32,000 nt of DNA from Candidatus Velamenicoccus archaeovorus (GTDB taxonomy: Bacteria; Omnitrophota; Gorgyraeia; Velamenicoccales; Velamenicoccaceae): positions 1,590,001 through 1,622,000 of the forward strand of contig NZ_CP019384.1 in the NCBI RefSeq assembly GCF_004102945.1, written 5' to 3'. Below are positions 8,754-18,273 of this stretch, in pieces. Numbering within the stretch: position 1 is the first letter of the stretch; every line of letters starts with the position of its first letter. The notes beneath the pieces were generated by a model. The model did not search any database, was not told the origin of the DNA, and saw only the letters and a list, made by a program, of their open reading frames with translations. Both the position numbers and the translations under genes were made by a program.

Positions 8754-10403
8754 ATGAAAATCGATAAATTCACCTATAAACAGATCAAGACATTCCTGCG
8801 TGACCACTGGATCGCCGTCACGAGCACCGTGGTCACCATTGTGCTCACAGGCCTCTCCATCTGGGGCTTTATGGGCCTGGAGTCTTTTTACCGCAAGATG
8901 CAGCTGGCCCAGCTACCCATCCAGATCATGATGTGGATACTGGCATCAGCCATCTCGGCGATCATCTACGTATCGCTCATGTTCGGCCGCTTCGGCCAGA
9001 TCGACACCAAAAAAGTCCGGGGCTCCAAGGTCAATGTCAACTTTGCAGACGTCCTGGGCATCGATGAGGCCAAAGAAGAGGCGATCGAAGTCGTCAACCT
9101 CCTTAAAGACCATTCCGCCGTCCAAAAGGTCGGCGGAAAGATCATCAAAGGCTTACTCATGATCGGGCCTCCCGGATGCGGCAAGACGTATCTGGCCAAG
9201 GCCATCGCCACAGAAGCCGGCCTGCCGTTTTTGTCTTTGTCGGCCAGTGAATTCACAGAGATATTCGTCGGGGTCGGCGCCAGGCGCGTCCGCAAGCTCT
9301 TCAAGCAGGCCCGGCGCCTGGCCTATGCGCACGGCGGGGCCATCGTCTTCATCGACGAAATCGATGCCATCGGACGCACCCGCACCTTCAGCTTCATGAG
9401 CGGCCAGGAAGGCAACACCACCTTAAACCAGCTTCTGGTCGAAATGGACGGCCTGCAGGACGAAAAGGAAAACGTCGTCGTGATCGGCGCGACCAACTCT
9501 CCCGAAGACGTGCTCGACCCGGCGATCCTGCGCCCGGGGCGCTTCGACCGAAAGATCTATATCGAAAAACCGAACCTTCAGGGCCGCGAAGAGGTCTTAA
9601 GGTTCTATCTAAGCAAGGTCCCTTATGACAAGTCCATCGATATCGGCAAGGTGGCGCGCCAGGCGGTCTACAAGTCGCCCGCAGACCTGGAAAACATCGT
9701 CAAAGAGGCCTCCATCATCTGCCTGCGCAACAAGCGCGACGTGATCACCCACAAGGACATCTCCGAAGCCATGGAACGCATCGATCTGGGGATCAAACAT
9801 CGCAAACACATGACGCACGACGAAAAACGCCTGGTGGCCTACCACGAAGCCGGCCACCTGATTGCACTTTATTTGCTCCATCCGACGGACGACGTCTTCA
9901 AGGCCTCCATCATCGCGCGCCGCGGCGCCCTCGGGGTCGTCCACCATCAGCCCCGCGAAGAGATCTTCACCTCCAACAGGGAAAGACTCATGGCCAATAT
10001 CCAGGTGTCGGTCGCCGGATACCTGGCGGAAAAACTGACATTCGGGACGACATCCGACGGCGTTTTATCCGATTTCAACAACGCCATGCGCGTCGCCCAT
10101 ATCATGGTCTGGCGCCTCGGGATGGACGGCAAACACCTGGGAGACTTCACCGCTATTCCCGAACAGCAGATCTCCGAACAGGTCAAGGGTGAATTGAACC
10201 AGGAGACCCAGCGGATTTTCCAGGAATGCGTCGCCAAGACCGAAACGCTCCTGCGGGATGAAAACGTGTTGTTGAACCGCTTTGCCAACGAACTCCTGAA
10301 AAAAGAAGAGCTCGAATTCGATGAAATCGATGCCATCTTCAAGGAATACAACAAAACCAAATTCGGCTCACTGCCGACCCCTCCCTATCAGAAACCTGTT
10401 TAA
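8754..10403 (+). CDS. ftsH: FtsH-like AAA+ zinc metalloprotease (short form without a large periplasmic domain)
   Basis: 549 aa with two closely spaced N-terminal TM helices. Carries Walker A GPPGCGKT, Walker B VFIDEIDA, an SRH region and the M41 zinc motif HEAGH. Confidence 0.85.
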   Translation: MKIDKFTYKQIKTFLRDHWIAVTSTVVTIVLTGLSIWGFMGLESFYRKMQLAQLPIQIMMWILASAISAIIYVSLMFGRFGQIDTKKVRGSKVNVNFADVLGIDEAKEEAIEVVNLLKDHSAVQKVGGKIIKGLLMIGPPGCGKTYLAKAIATEAGLPFLSLSASEFTEIFVGVGARRVRKLFKQARRLAYAHGGAIVFIDEIDAIGRTRTFSFMSGQEGNTTLNQLLVEMDGLQDEKENVVVIGATNSPEDVLDPAILRPGRFDRKIYIEKPNLQGREEVLRFYLSKVPYDKSIDIGKVARQAVYKSPADLENIVKEASIICLRNKRDVITHKDISEAMERIDLGIKHRKHMTHDEKRLVAYHEAGHLIALYLLHPTDDVFKASIIARRGALGVVHHQPREEIFTSNRERLMANIQVSVAGYLAEKLTFGTTSDGVLSDFNNAMRVAHIMVWRLGMDGKHLGDFTAIPEQQISEQVKGELNQETQRIFQECVAKTETLLRDENVLLNRFANELLKKEELEFDEIDAIFKEYNKTKFGSLPTPPYQKPV

Positions 10404-11244
10404 GATTCCACCCGCCTTTCTTGCAGTCGTCGCAGCCACAGTCCTTCTTTTAGGCTGTGAACCGACGTATCCGGTAAAAACCATGCCGCAGCAGCTCGCC
10501 CGCATGGTCAAGAATGAGGTCGGTATTGACATCCACATCCGCATCACCGGAAAGACCATGTGGATCTACGTGCCGATGACAGACCTGATTGAAGAGAAAA
10601 CGGCGGGATGGGACAAGGCGGGTCTCGAAAAGCTCAATAAGGTCATGAACGCGGCGCACCGTGTTATCTTGAGCACGGACGCCAAGCTTGATTTCCTGGC
10701 CGTCGTCGGCGCGGACATCAAAAAATTCGGCGTCGCCCTTCTGACGGTAGAATATATCCCCGACCTCGAACAGGCCGTCCTTGAAAAATTCTCCCGTGGC
10801 GAATACTTCATGCGCAGCGTGCGCGATGTGCGCTTTGACCCAACCCTTATCGGAGATACGACGGGAGAAACGCAGAGTTACCGCGACATCACCTTCGACG
10901 AATTCATCTGCATGCAGATCATCCACCGCGCCAAGAGCCTCTTCGCCAAAGACAAGAAACTCAATAATCTTTTTGAACTCAAAACAACCTCCTACACACA
11001 GAAATTCGGAATTCTGAAGTTGGAGTTCGAATTTCTGCGCAAACGTTACGACTTGAGCCCGGAGGAAGAAAACATCAAACCCCTGGACTACGTCAAGCAG
11101 ATCGCCGCCGAGGTCATCCAGAATTACAACTACAAGGACATCCAGGGCGTAGAGCTGACGGATACGTTCTCGGAGGAAACCGTCAAGCTTAGCCTCGATG
11201 AGCTTAAAAAGATGAAGGTGGAACTCCCGGAATACCGGGACTAG
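10321..11244 (+). CDS. Hypothetical lipoprotein (start uncertain)
   Basis: 307-aa ORF with a lipobox-like AATVLLLGC after a hydrophobic stretch. The listed ATG overlaps the ftsH-like gene by 83 nt, so the true start may be downstream near 10396-10405 (non-ATG). I recognise no family. Confidence 0.5.
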   Translation: MKSMPSSRNTTKPNSAHCRPLPIRNLFKIPPAFLAVVAATVLLLGCEPTYPVKTMPQQLARMVKNEVGIDIHIRITGKTMWIYVPMTDLIEEKTAGWDKAGLEKLNKVMNAAHRVILSTDAKLDFLAVVGADIKKFGVALLTVEYIPDLEQAVLEKFSRGEYFMRSVRDVRFDPTLIGDTTGETQSYRDITFDEFICMQIIHRAKSLFAKDKKLNNLFELKTTSYTQKFGILKLEFEFLRKRYDLSPEEENIKPLDYVKQIAAEVIQNYNYKDIQGVELTDTFSEETVKLSLDELKKMKVELPEYRD

Positions 11245-11867
11245 GTTTTCTCTGGATGGGATGCGGGCAGGACGCGGCGGCCTTTCAGGATAAGCCCGCC
11301 GGACAAAACCTTCTTGATCGCTTCGGGATAAATCCGGTGTTCGACCTTGTGGATCTTCTTCTCCAAACTCTCCATGGTATCCGTCGCAAGCACCCGCACA
11401 GGCTCCTGGACAATGATAGGGCCGTGGTCAACCTCCTCATCGACAAAATGGACGGTGACCCCGGTGACGCCGACGCCGTAGCGAAAGGCGTCTTTGATGG
11501 CGCGCTCACCGGGAAAAGCCGGCAGAAGCGCAGGATGGATATTCAGGATGCGGTTCCTGTAGGCCCGCACGAACGACGGCGAAAGGATCCGCATGAAACC
11601 CGCCAAAACAATTAAGTCGACTTCTTGCGCCTTGAGGTGACGCAGGACCGCTGCGTCATAGGCCCGGCGGTCCCTGTAATCTTTCGGATCCAAAAACAAG
11701 GTGCTGATGCCTGCGCGACGGGCCCTCTTCAATGCAAAGGCATCCTTTTTGTCGCTGACCACGAGCGCTATCCGCGCCTTCAACGCGCCGCGGACGACCG
11801 CGTTCATGATCGCCTGCAAGTTCGTCCCGTTCCCCGAAACAAAAACAGCGATAGTCTTCATAGGCAT
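11241..11867 (-). CDS. purN: Phosphoribosylglycinamide formyltransferase
   Basis: The N-terminus IAVFVSGNGTNLQAI, the motifs LAGFMRIL, NIHPALLP and VTGVTVHFVDEEVDHGPII are PurN hallmarks. An alternative start is at 11861. Confidence 0.92.
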   Translation of the reverse strand: MPMKTIAVFVSGNGTNLQAIMNAVVRGALKARIALVVSDKKDAFALKRARRAGISTLFLDPKDYRDRRAYDAAVLRHLKAQEVDLIVLAGFMRILSPSFVRAYRNRILNIHPALLPAFPGERAIKDAFRYGVGVTGVTVHFVDEEVDHGPIIVQEPVRVLATDTMESLEKKIHKVEHRIYPEAIKKVLSGGLILKGRRVLPASHPEKT

Positions 11868-11868
11868 C

Positions 11869-12693
11869 TCATCGTGACGGTGAAGGCTGTGCGCCCCTCA
11901 CCTTGATGACTTTTGTCGGACAAACCTTGGCGCACTCAAGACAACCCGTACATTTATCATAATCGATGCGCGCCAGGTTGTCGATGACGGCCACCGCGCC
12001 GTGGGGACAGGCCTTTTCGCAGCGACGGCAAGCGATGCAGCCGACGCCGCAGACGGACATGACGACTTTCCCCGAATCGTTCGACGTGCACGCCACATAA
12101 ATTTTTGCTTTTTCTGGTTCAAAAGGAATGAGCGTGTAGAGCCCTTTGGGACAGACGTTCACGCATATGCCGCAGGCCGTGCACTTGGATTCGATGACAC
12201 GAGGGAAACCTTCCCCCGTCATTTCAATCGCGTCGAACGGGCAGGCCTTGACGCATGTCCCGTACGTCAGGCAGCCATAGGCGCATTCTTTCTGGCCGCC
12301 CAGGACCAGCGAGGCCGCCAGACAGTCCTTGATGCCGTCGTATAAAAACTTGTCTTTGGCGTGGTTGCCGCCGCAACAATGCAGACAGGACACCTTTTTG
12401 GCCTTTTCTTCCAGGCTCAACCCCAGGATAGCGGCAATGTCTTTCTTGTTCTCCGTCGCCGCGACGGAACAGGAATGAAGATCGAGTTCTCCGGCCAAGA
12501 GCGCCTGCGCAAAACCCATGCAGCCGGCCTTGCCGCAGGAGCCGCAATTGGCACCCGGCAGCTTGGCCAGGATCCTCTCGATCGTCGGATCCACCGGAAC
12601 ATGGAATTTCTTCGCCGCATAAGCCAGCACAAACCCGAAAAAGATCCCCAGGCCGCACAGTGTCGCTATGGAAGCAATAATGCTGGTCGCCAT
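11869..12693 (-). CDS. rnfB: Rnf electron-transport complex subunit B
   Basis: N-terminal TM helix, the CGSCGKAGC cluster and several CxxCxxCxxxCP ferredoxin motifs. Last gene of the rnf string. Confidence 0.88.
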   Translation of the reverse strand: MATSIIASIATLCGLGIFFGFVLAYAAKKFHVPVDPTIERILAKLPGANCGSCGKAGCMGFAQALLAGELDLHSCSVAATENKKDIAAILGLSLEEKAKKVSCLHCCGGNHAKDKFLYDGIKDCLAASLVLGGQKECAYGCLTYGTCVKACPFDAIEMTGEGFPRVIESKCTACGICVNVCPKGLYTLIPFEPEKAKIYVACTSNDSGKVVMSVCGVGCIACRRCEKACPHGAVAVIDNLARIDYDKCTGCLECAKVCPTKVIKVRGAQPSPSR

Positions 12694-12700
12694 GTTGCCG

Positions 12701-13303
12701 TTATATCCTCATACCTACGAACCCCATAAAAGCCAGGCTCATGATCGAAGCGATGATGAAGGCGATCGGGAGCCCCTCCATCGATTCGGGGATGTCCGCC
12801 AGCTCAAGGCGTTCGCGGATACCCGACATCAACATCAGGACAAAAAGGAAACCGACCCCGGCGCAAAATACCTGAAGCACGGAATAGCCGAAGCTTCCGG
12901 TGATCGCCTTGCCTCCGGCAAAAAAATCCTCCGTATTGATGACCGTCACGCCCAGAACGATGCAATTGGTCGTGATCAAGGGCAGATAGATGCCAAGCGC
13001 GCGGTAGAGCGCCGGCGACATCTTCAAGATGACCATCTCGATGAACTGGACCGATGCGGCGATGACCAGGATGAAAACAACCGTGCGCATATAATCGATC
13101 CTGAAAGGAAGTAAAACATAATTGTAGGCGGCCCAGGTCATGGCGCCCGACAAAAGCAGGACGAAGATAACGGCCAGGCCCATGCTGAAAGCGGGCTTTG
13201 TCTGCTTGGAAACGCCCAAAAAAGGACAAAGCCCCATGAACCTAAAGAGGATATAGTTGTTAATGAGGAGATTGCTGATTATGATCGCAAAGATCTTGCC
13301 CAT
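12701..13303 (-). CDS. rnfA: Rnf complex subunit A
   Basis: 200-aa polytopic membrane protein. The N-terminus ...NNYILFRFMGLCPFLGVS is typical of RnfA/NqrE. Confidence 0.88.
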   Translation of the reverse strand: MGKIFAIIISNLLINNYILFRFMGLCPFLGVSKQTKPAFSMGLAVIFVLLLSGAMTWAAYNYVLLPFRIDYMRTVVFILVIAASVQFIEMVILKMSPALYRALGIYLPLITTNCIVLGVTVINTEDFFAGGKAITGSFGYSVLQVFCAGVGFLFVLMLMSGIRERLELADIPESMEGLPIAFIIASIMSLAFMGFVGMRI

Positions 13304-13872
13304 TTAATGACTCCCATAAGAAGCCCCAGGATGAGGAGCGCGCCCGGCGCCAGAGACAGGACAAGCGCCGGCTCAAAGCGATGAGAAATGCTTAAGCCCG
13401 CCAAGGTGCCGTTGCCGAGGGTCTCGCGGATCGCCGAGATGATGAGGAGCGCCAGAGTGAACCCCAGACCCATCCCCAGGCCGTCGGCCAGCGACGGCAA
13501 AACCGGGTTTTTCGACGCAAAAGCCTCGGCCCGGCCCAGGATGATACAGTTGACGACGATCAGAGGCACGTAAACGCCCAGCGCCCTGTTTAAGGCCGGC
13601 GCATAGGCCTTCATGACCATCTCGACGATGACGACGAAGGCGGCGATCACGACGATATAACACGGGATGCGGATCTTGTCCGGAACAAGCCTGCGGATCG
13701 CCGAAATGATGACATTGGAGCAGACCAAAACGAACGTCGCCGCCAACCCCATCCCGACGGCATTATTGACGGATGTCGAGACGGCGAGCGTCGGACAAAG
13801 ACCGAGGACGATGAAAAAGATGGGGTTTTCCGAAAAAATGCCCTTGATAAATTCGTGCCAGAGTCTTTTCAT
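13279..13872 (-). CDS. rnfE: Rnf complex subunit E
   Basis: RnfE/NqrD-like sequence (NPIFFIVLGLCPTLAVSTS, VNCIILGRAEAF). Start trimmed to ATG 13872, which forms an ATGA overlap with the rnfD stop. Confidence 0.85.
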   Translation of the reverse strand: MKRLWHEFIKGIFSENPIFFIVLGLCPTLAVSTSVNNAVGMGLAATFVLVCSNVIISAIRRLVPDKIRIPCYIVVIAAFVVIVEMVMKAYAPALNRALGVYVPLIVVNCIILGRAEAFASKNPVLPSLADGLGMGLGFTLALLIISAIRETLGNGTLAGLSISHRFEPALVLSLAPGALLILGLLMGVIKWARSLRS

Positions 13873-14828
13873 CGACTCGCTCCATATCTGCGCTTCTGCA
13901 CGAAACGATCGATCAGCGGGGCGGCCGCATTCATGATCAGGATGGAATAGCATACGCCTTCGGGGTATCCGCCCCAGCGGCGGATGACGCCCGTCAACAG
14001 GCCGCAGCAGACGCCGAAAATCACCTGGCCCTTTTTAGTGACCGGCGACGTCACGTAATCCGTCGCCATGAAGAACGCGCCCAGGACCAGGCCGCCGGAG
14101 AGGACCTGAAAAAGCGCATCGCCCCGGCCGAAACCATCCGGGGAACCGAAGGCCCACATGAAAACAGCGACGGTGGCCACATAGCTGACCGGCGTATGCC
14201 AGCTGATGATGCCTTTGTACAAAAGATAAACGCCCCCCAAAAGCAAGGCCAGGATGCACACCTCGCCGAGCGCGCCGCCGCGGTTGCCGATCAAAAGGTC
14301 CCAGTAGGAAAGGCCGAGGTCGACAACCCCAGAAGCCTTGCCTTCTTTGATCAGAGACAGGGGCGTCGCCTGCGTCACGGCGTCATAGACGAACGGCTTA
14401 GTGAACGTCGTCATATATTTCGGCCATGCCGCCATAAGAAACGCCCGGCCGGCCAGGGCCGGATTAAAGATATTGCGGCCTAACCCGCCGAAGGCCTGCT
14501 TGGCAATGGCGATGGCAAAGATGCTGCCGACCGCCGCCACCCAAAGCGGGCAGTGCGCCGGCAGGTTATAGGCCAACAAAAGCCCTGTCATAAAGGCGCT
14601 GCCGTCGCAAACGGTCACTTTTTGTCCCCGCGCCTTCTGGATCAAGGCCTCCGTCCCGGCAGCCGCCAGGACGCTCGACAGGACCACCCACAGCGCCGAC
14701 GGCCCGAAGATAAACAGGGCGACCAGGCCCGACGGGATCAACGCCAGATTGACCCGCCACATGATGCCGGCGATGGACTCGTTTTTACGCATATGGGGGG
14801 CATGTGCCACAAAAAATTTATCGGCCAT
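13869..14828 (-). CDS. rnfD: Rnf complex subunit D
   Basis: NqrB/RnfD-family polytopic protein (MADKFFVAHAPHM..., FFMATDYVTSP). Start trimmed from 15074 to ATG 14828. The long N-terminal extension in the ORF track overlaps rnfG in another frame. Confidence 0.85.
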   Translation of the reverse strand: MADKFFVAHAPHMRKNESIAGIMWRVNLALIPSGLVALFIFGPSALWVVLSSVLAAAGTEALIQKARGQKVTVCDGSAFMTGLLLAYNLPAHCPLWVAAVGSIFAIAIAKQAFGGLGRNIFNPALAGRAFLMAAWPKYMTTFTKPFVYDAVTQATPLSLIKEGKASGVVDLGLSYWDLLIGNRGGALGEVCILALLLGGVYLLYKGIISWHTPVSYVATVAVFMWAFGSPDGFGRGDALFQVLSGGLVLGAFFMATDYVTSPVTKKGQVIFGVCCGLLTGVIRRWGGYPEGVCYSILIMNAAAPLIDRFVQKRRYGASR

Positions 14829-15414
14829 CTTGTACGCTCTCCATGATTTTTCCGGCTTTTTCTTCGACGGAAACGATGACGGCCAAAGAAGAAATCGTGG
14901 CGCCCGTGATCGTTTCCACATTGCGCTCCAGGCCCTTATAGCTCTTGGACTCGAACTGGGTCTGAAACCACGGCCGAGGCTTCTGTGAGATATTGGCCTT
15001 CCTGAGGACAACATCCCAGAACGTCTCTTTTTGCCTGACTTCTTCGATGCGCGACCCGAGTCCAGGCGTCTCATTCTGTGACAGGATCTTGATGCGTTGA
15101 ATGATGCCCTTGGTATCCATGCCCACCATGGTCACGATCGTGCTGGAATATCCCTTCTTTTCCGCCTTAAAGGCATATCCCAGAAGATCGCCCGATGTAT
15201 TCAAGGCCTTGTAATAAAAAACGCTTCCCTTGTCTTCCACCGGCTCAAAACGCGCCGCCCCTGGATAGACATCCTGGAGAGCCGACTCTTCCTCCATTTT
15301 CGCCTGGGCCGCGATCTTCGGCTGCGTCACGTTATACACAACGCTCAAAAGCCCTGAAGCCGCCAAGCAGATGATAGCCAATGTCGCCGCATACCTGACA
15401 AAATTATTTTGCAT
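14818..15414 (-). CDS. rnfG: Rnf complex subunit G (FMN-binding)
   Basis: N-terminal TM helix plus an FMN_bind domain with SQNETPGLG and the TGATISS flavinylation-type motif. Start taken at ATG 15414. Confidence 0.82.
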   Translation of the reverse strand: MQNNFVRYAATLAIICLAASGLLSVVYNVTQPKIAAQAKMEEESALQDVYPGAARFEPVEDKGSVFYYKALNTSGDLLGYAFKAEKKGYSSTIVTMVGMDTKGIIQRIKILSQNETPGLGSRIEEVRQKETFWDVVLRKANISQKPRPWFQTQFESKSYKGLERNVETITGATISSLAVIVSVEEKAGKIMESVQDGR

Positions 15415-15491
15415 GTTTAATGAGCACACGACTTATGGAAACATAAGTCGCTGTGCGAATTGAATCCGCCATCGCTCTATGGCGGAAACGA

Positions 15492-16787
15492 TTAGGTTGT
15501 TTTTCCTTTCCTGATTTTGATTTTCGCCGCCTTGATCGCCTGAACGATATGGCGCCGGCCCGGACACAGATAGGCGCACAAGCCGCATTCGATACAATCC
15601 ATGATCCCGTACTCTTGAGCCAAGTCCAGTCGTCCTTTGGCGATGGCCAGCGCGATCAGGCCAGGATTCAGGCCTATGGGACAATTCTCGACGCACTGCC
15701 CGCAACGCACGCAAAAAGACTCTTCTTGTTCCTTTTCCTCATCCTCGTCCAAGGCCAGGATGCCGCTCGTCCCCTTGATCACCGGCGCCTCAGGCGTGAA
15801 CTGGGCGATGCCCATCATCGGCCCGCCCATAATGATCCTCTTGGGCTCCCTTGTCATCGGCCCGCACTGCTCCAAAAGATCTTTCACCGGCGTTCCCAAA
15901 CGCGCCAGAAGATTCTTCGGATTCTCCAGGCATGCGCCGGAGACCGTCATCACGCGCTCATAAAGGGGTTTACGGAAATAAACGGCCTCGTAAACGGCAA
16001 ACACCGTGCCGACGTTCTGCACGAGGACGCCGATGTCAAAAGGGAGTTTTCCCGGCGGGACCTCCCGGCGAAGACACGATTTGATCACCTGCTTCTCGCC
16101 GCCCTGCGGATAGGCCGTTTTAAGGACGACCACGTGCCACCCCAGGGACCCGGCTGCTTCCTTCATGCGACGGATGGCCTGCGGCTTGTTGTCCTCGATG
16201 GCGATAAAAACATTCTCCGGCTGTATGGTCCTGGCGACAAGCTTGACCCCCTCGATGATCTGAAGGGATCTCTCGATCATAAGCCGGCTGTCCGCCGTCA
16301 AATACGGTTCGCACTCCGCGCCGTTGACGATAAAATCCTTTATCGGCCGGGCGGGCGCCAGCTTGATATGCGTCGGAAACGTGGCGCCGCCGAGACCGAC
16401 GATGCCGGATTCAAAAACAATGGTCCTGATATCGGCCGCCGTCAGCGAGGCGATCTCCCCGGCCGTCCGTGGCTTCATCGACTCCGCCGCCTCGTCTTTG
16501 CCGTCTGACTCGATCTCGATGGCCCGGCAAAAACCAAAAACCGGATGCGGAAAATCGGCGACCTGTTTGACCGTCCCGGAGATGGACGCATGCACGGGAG
16601 CAAAGACGCCCTTGTCCGACGTCGCCAGGCAATCGCCGCGCCTGACATGGTCCTGCGCCTTGACAAACACGCGGTCGAGCCTTTTTCCTAAATGTTGTAC
16701 GAGGGGGATGACCACGCGGCGAGGCAGGGCCGCCTGTTCGATAGGTTTGTTCTCGGTGAGATGTTTATGCTCTTCGATCCTGACCAT
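15492..16787 (-). CDS. rnfC: Rnf complex subunit C
   Basis: 431 aa with an RnfC barrel-sandwich N-terminus, the GLGGATFPTHIK motif, a SLBB-like region and two C-terminal 4Fe-4S motifs (CVRCGQCVENCP, CIECGLCAYLCP). Confidence 0.9.
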   Translation of the reverse strand: MVRIEEHKHLTENKPIEQAALPRRVVIPLVQHLGKRLDRVFVKAQDHVRRGDCLATSDKGVFAPVHASISGTVKQVADFPHPVFGFCRAIEIESDGKDEAAESMKPRTAGEIASLTAADIRTIVFESGIVGLGGATFPTHIKLAPARPIKDFIVNGAECEPYLTADSRLMIERSLQIIEGVKLVARTIQPENVFIAIEDNKPQAIRRMKEAAGSLGWHVVVLKTAYPQGGEKQVIKSCLRREVPPGKLPFDIGVLVQNVGTVFAVYEAVYFRKPLYERVMTVSGACLENPKNLLARLGTPVKDLLEQCGPMTREPKRIIMGGPMMGIAQFTPEAPVIKGTSGILALDEDEEKEQEESFCVRCGQCVENCPIGLNPGLIALAIAKGRLDLAQEYGIMDCIECGLCAYLCPGRRHIVQAIKAAKIKIRKGKTT

Positions 16788-18027
16788 AGAACTTCAATAA
16801 CCCTCCAATGCCTGCAATGACCAGAAAAGCGCTGACGCCCAGGAGGATCTTCACCGAACCGATGCGGTCGGCCAGGGGCGCGGCGATCATCATGCTCGCC
16901 AGAAAACCCAGGTGCATGATGACTTCAAGGGAACTGAAGACCTTGCCGCGCATGGAATTATCCGTCAGCTGATGCACCATGGTGTTGGTGACCGTCATGA
17001 TGGGAGATACGGCAAGGCCAAGGACAAAAGCCAGGCCCATCGCTAACAATAGGTGGGGCAACCGGATAACGGCCACGACAAAGCCAGATAATATCACCCC
17101 AGCCGCCAGAATACAAGCGAAAATCGTCCTCATCCCCGAGGTCTTCTGGCCCAGACGGCCATAACCCAGGGAGCCGACAAACAGGCCCAGGCCGAGCGCG
17201 ACCACCAGGAGACCGAGTTCCTTGGTGACGGAAGCAAAGGCCTCCTGCACGAAAACGATCGCCACCACATAAACTGCGCCCAGCGCAGCCCATAGGAAGA
17301 AAAGGATGCCGAAACAAGAGCTTATGCGCGGGTCCTTCTTCAGGAAGTTGACCGCGTCCTTCATCTCTTCCAGGGCGGATTTACGGATCACATCCGCGAT
17401 ATCCTTGCCCACCTCGATCAGCTTTTCCTTTTTGGCCTGCCGGATGAGCTTCGTGCTCAAGAAAAAGATCATGATGCCCGAAATCAAAAAGCTGGCGCCG
17501 TCGATCGTAAAACCGCCCTGGGCCCCCACCATGCCGACAAGGATGCCGCCGAGGCCGAAGCCGAACATGGCGGCGACCATCCCCGTCGTATTCACCAGGG
17601 AATTCGCCAAAAGCAGGTCGTCGGCTTTGACCAAGTCCGGGATGATGGACATCTTGGCCGGCACGTAAAAACGCGCCAGGGAAAACACGATAAAAACGAC
17701 GATATAGATGGGCCATAAAGAGGACAGCCGCATCAGCCATAGGGGGATAAGAAGGACCAAGATGCCGCGCAAAATATCGCAGACGACCATCGTCCGGCGC
17801 CTGTCCCAGCGATCCACATACACGCCGGCAACCGGACCGATCAGGAACACGGGCACGATGGTAAAGGCCATGATCTTGGCCATCTGCGTCGTCGATCCTG
17901 GCGCATAACGATGCACAAGAGCGATCAACGCCATCTGGTCAAGCCTGTCGCCGAATTGCGAAATGATCTGCGCCAGCCAGAGAAGAGAAAAATTACGGTT
18001 TCGAAGAATATTGCGGAATCGGGCCAT
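16765..18027 (-). CDS. MFS transporter (12-TM, unknown substrate)
   Basis: 420 aa, hydrophobic throughout, with the MFS motif VDRWDRRRTM after TM2. The 3' end overlaps the rnfC start by 23 nt. Confidence 0.75.
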   Translation of the reverse strand: MARFRNILRNRNFSLLWLAQIISQFGDRLDQMALIALVHRYAPGSTTQMAKIMAFTIVPVFLIGPVAGVYVDRWDRRRTMVVCDILRGILVLLIPLWLMRLSSLWPIYIVVFIVFSLARFYVPAKMSIIPDLVKADDLLLANSLVNTTGMVAAMFGFGLGGILVGMVGAQGGFTIDGASFLISGIMIFFLSTKLIRQAKKEKLIEVGKDIADVIRKSALEEMKDAVNFLKKDPRISSCFGILFFLWAALGAVYVVAIVFVQEAFASVTKELGLLVVALGLGLFVGSLGYGRLGQKTSGMRTIFACILAAGVILSGFVVAVIRLPHLLLAMGLAFVLGLAVSPIMTVTNTMVHQLTDNSMRGKVFSSLEVIMHLGFLASMMIAAPLADRIGSVKILLGVSAFLVIAGIGGLLKFYGQDRRA

Positions 18028-18038
18028 AGAAAGGATTC

Positions 18039-18071
18039 ACCCCGTTAGAGAACCTTGTTCTCTAACGGGGT
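18039..18071 (-). other. 15-bp perfect hairpin (3-nt loop) between the tRNA-Thr locus and the MFS start
   Basis: ACCCCGTTAGAGAAC-CTT-GTTCTCTAACGGGGT. It may terminate the tRNA transcript or be a 5'-UTR structure of the MFS gene. The downstream tract is only weakly U-rich. Confidence 0.35.
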
Positions 18072-18078
18072 CAACAAA

Positions 18079-18099
18079 ATAAGCCGATGAGAGGGATTG
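18079..18099 (-). repeat. Displaced copy of the tRNA-Thr 3' end (T-loop C56 to the discriminator plus 3-nt trailer)
   Basis: ATAAGCCGATGAGAGGGATTG is 21/21 identical to 18184-18204. Identity stops exactly between T-loop positions 55 and 56. Confidence 0.9.
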
Positions 18100-18183
18100 C
18101 CCGCCACTAGAACTTCGGCGGGTCCGCCAATCTTTTTGGCGGAAACCTCCTGGCGTGACGCCTTTTACCGGCTCTTCGAAAAG
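18100..18183. repeat. 84-nt insert between the two tRNA-Thr 3'-end copies; contains two CCGCC/GGCGG hairpins
   Basis: CCCGCC(18100-18105)...GGCGGG(18117-18122) and TCCGCCAA(18123-18130)-TCTTT-TTGGCGGA(18136-18143). Confidence 0.8.
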
Positions 18184-18186
18184 ATA

Positions 18187-18259
18187 AGCCGATGAGAGGG
18201 ATTGAACCTCCGACCCGCGCTTTACGAAAGCGCTGCTCTACCAACTGAGCTACATCGGC
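18187..18259 (-). tRNA. tRNA-Thr(CGU)
   Basis: GCCGATG TA GCTC AGTTGGTA GAGC A GCGCT TTCGTAA AGCGC GGGTC GGAGG TTCAATC CCTCT CATCGGC T. Clean cloverleaf; CCA is not encoded. Confidence 0.95.
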
Positions 18260-18273
18260 ATGAAATCTACTTA

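Noticed and set aside
13869-15074. 401-aa version of rnfD with an 82-aa Arg/Ser-rich N-terminal extension
   Set aside because: The extension overlaps rnfG in another frame and has no membrane or Rnf-like character. ATG 14828 gives the conserved RnfD N-terminus.
15453-16508. 351-aa plus-strand ORF antisense to rnfC, and similar long antisense ORFs (7460..8065, 20500..21057, 27467..28354, 31146..31910)
   Set aside because: This is the same codon-bias artefact. Each lies fully within a confidently identified gene on the other strand.
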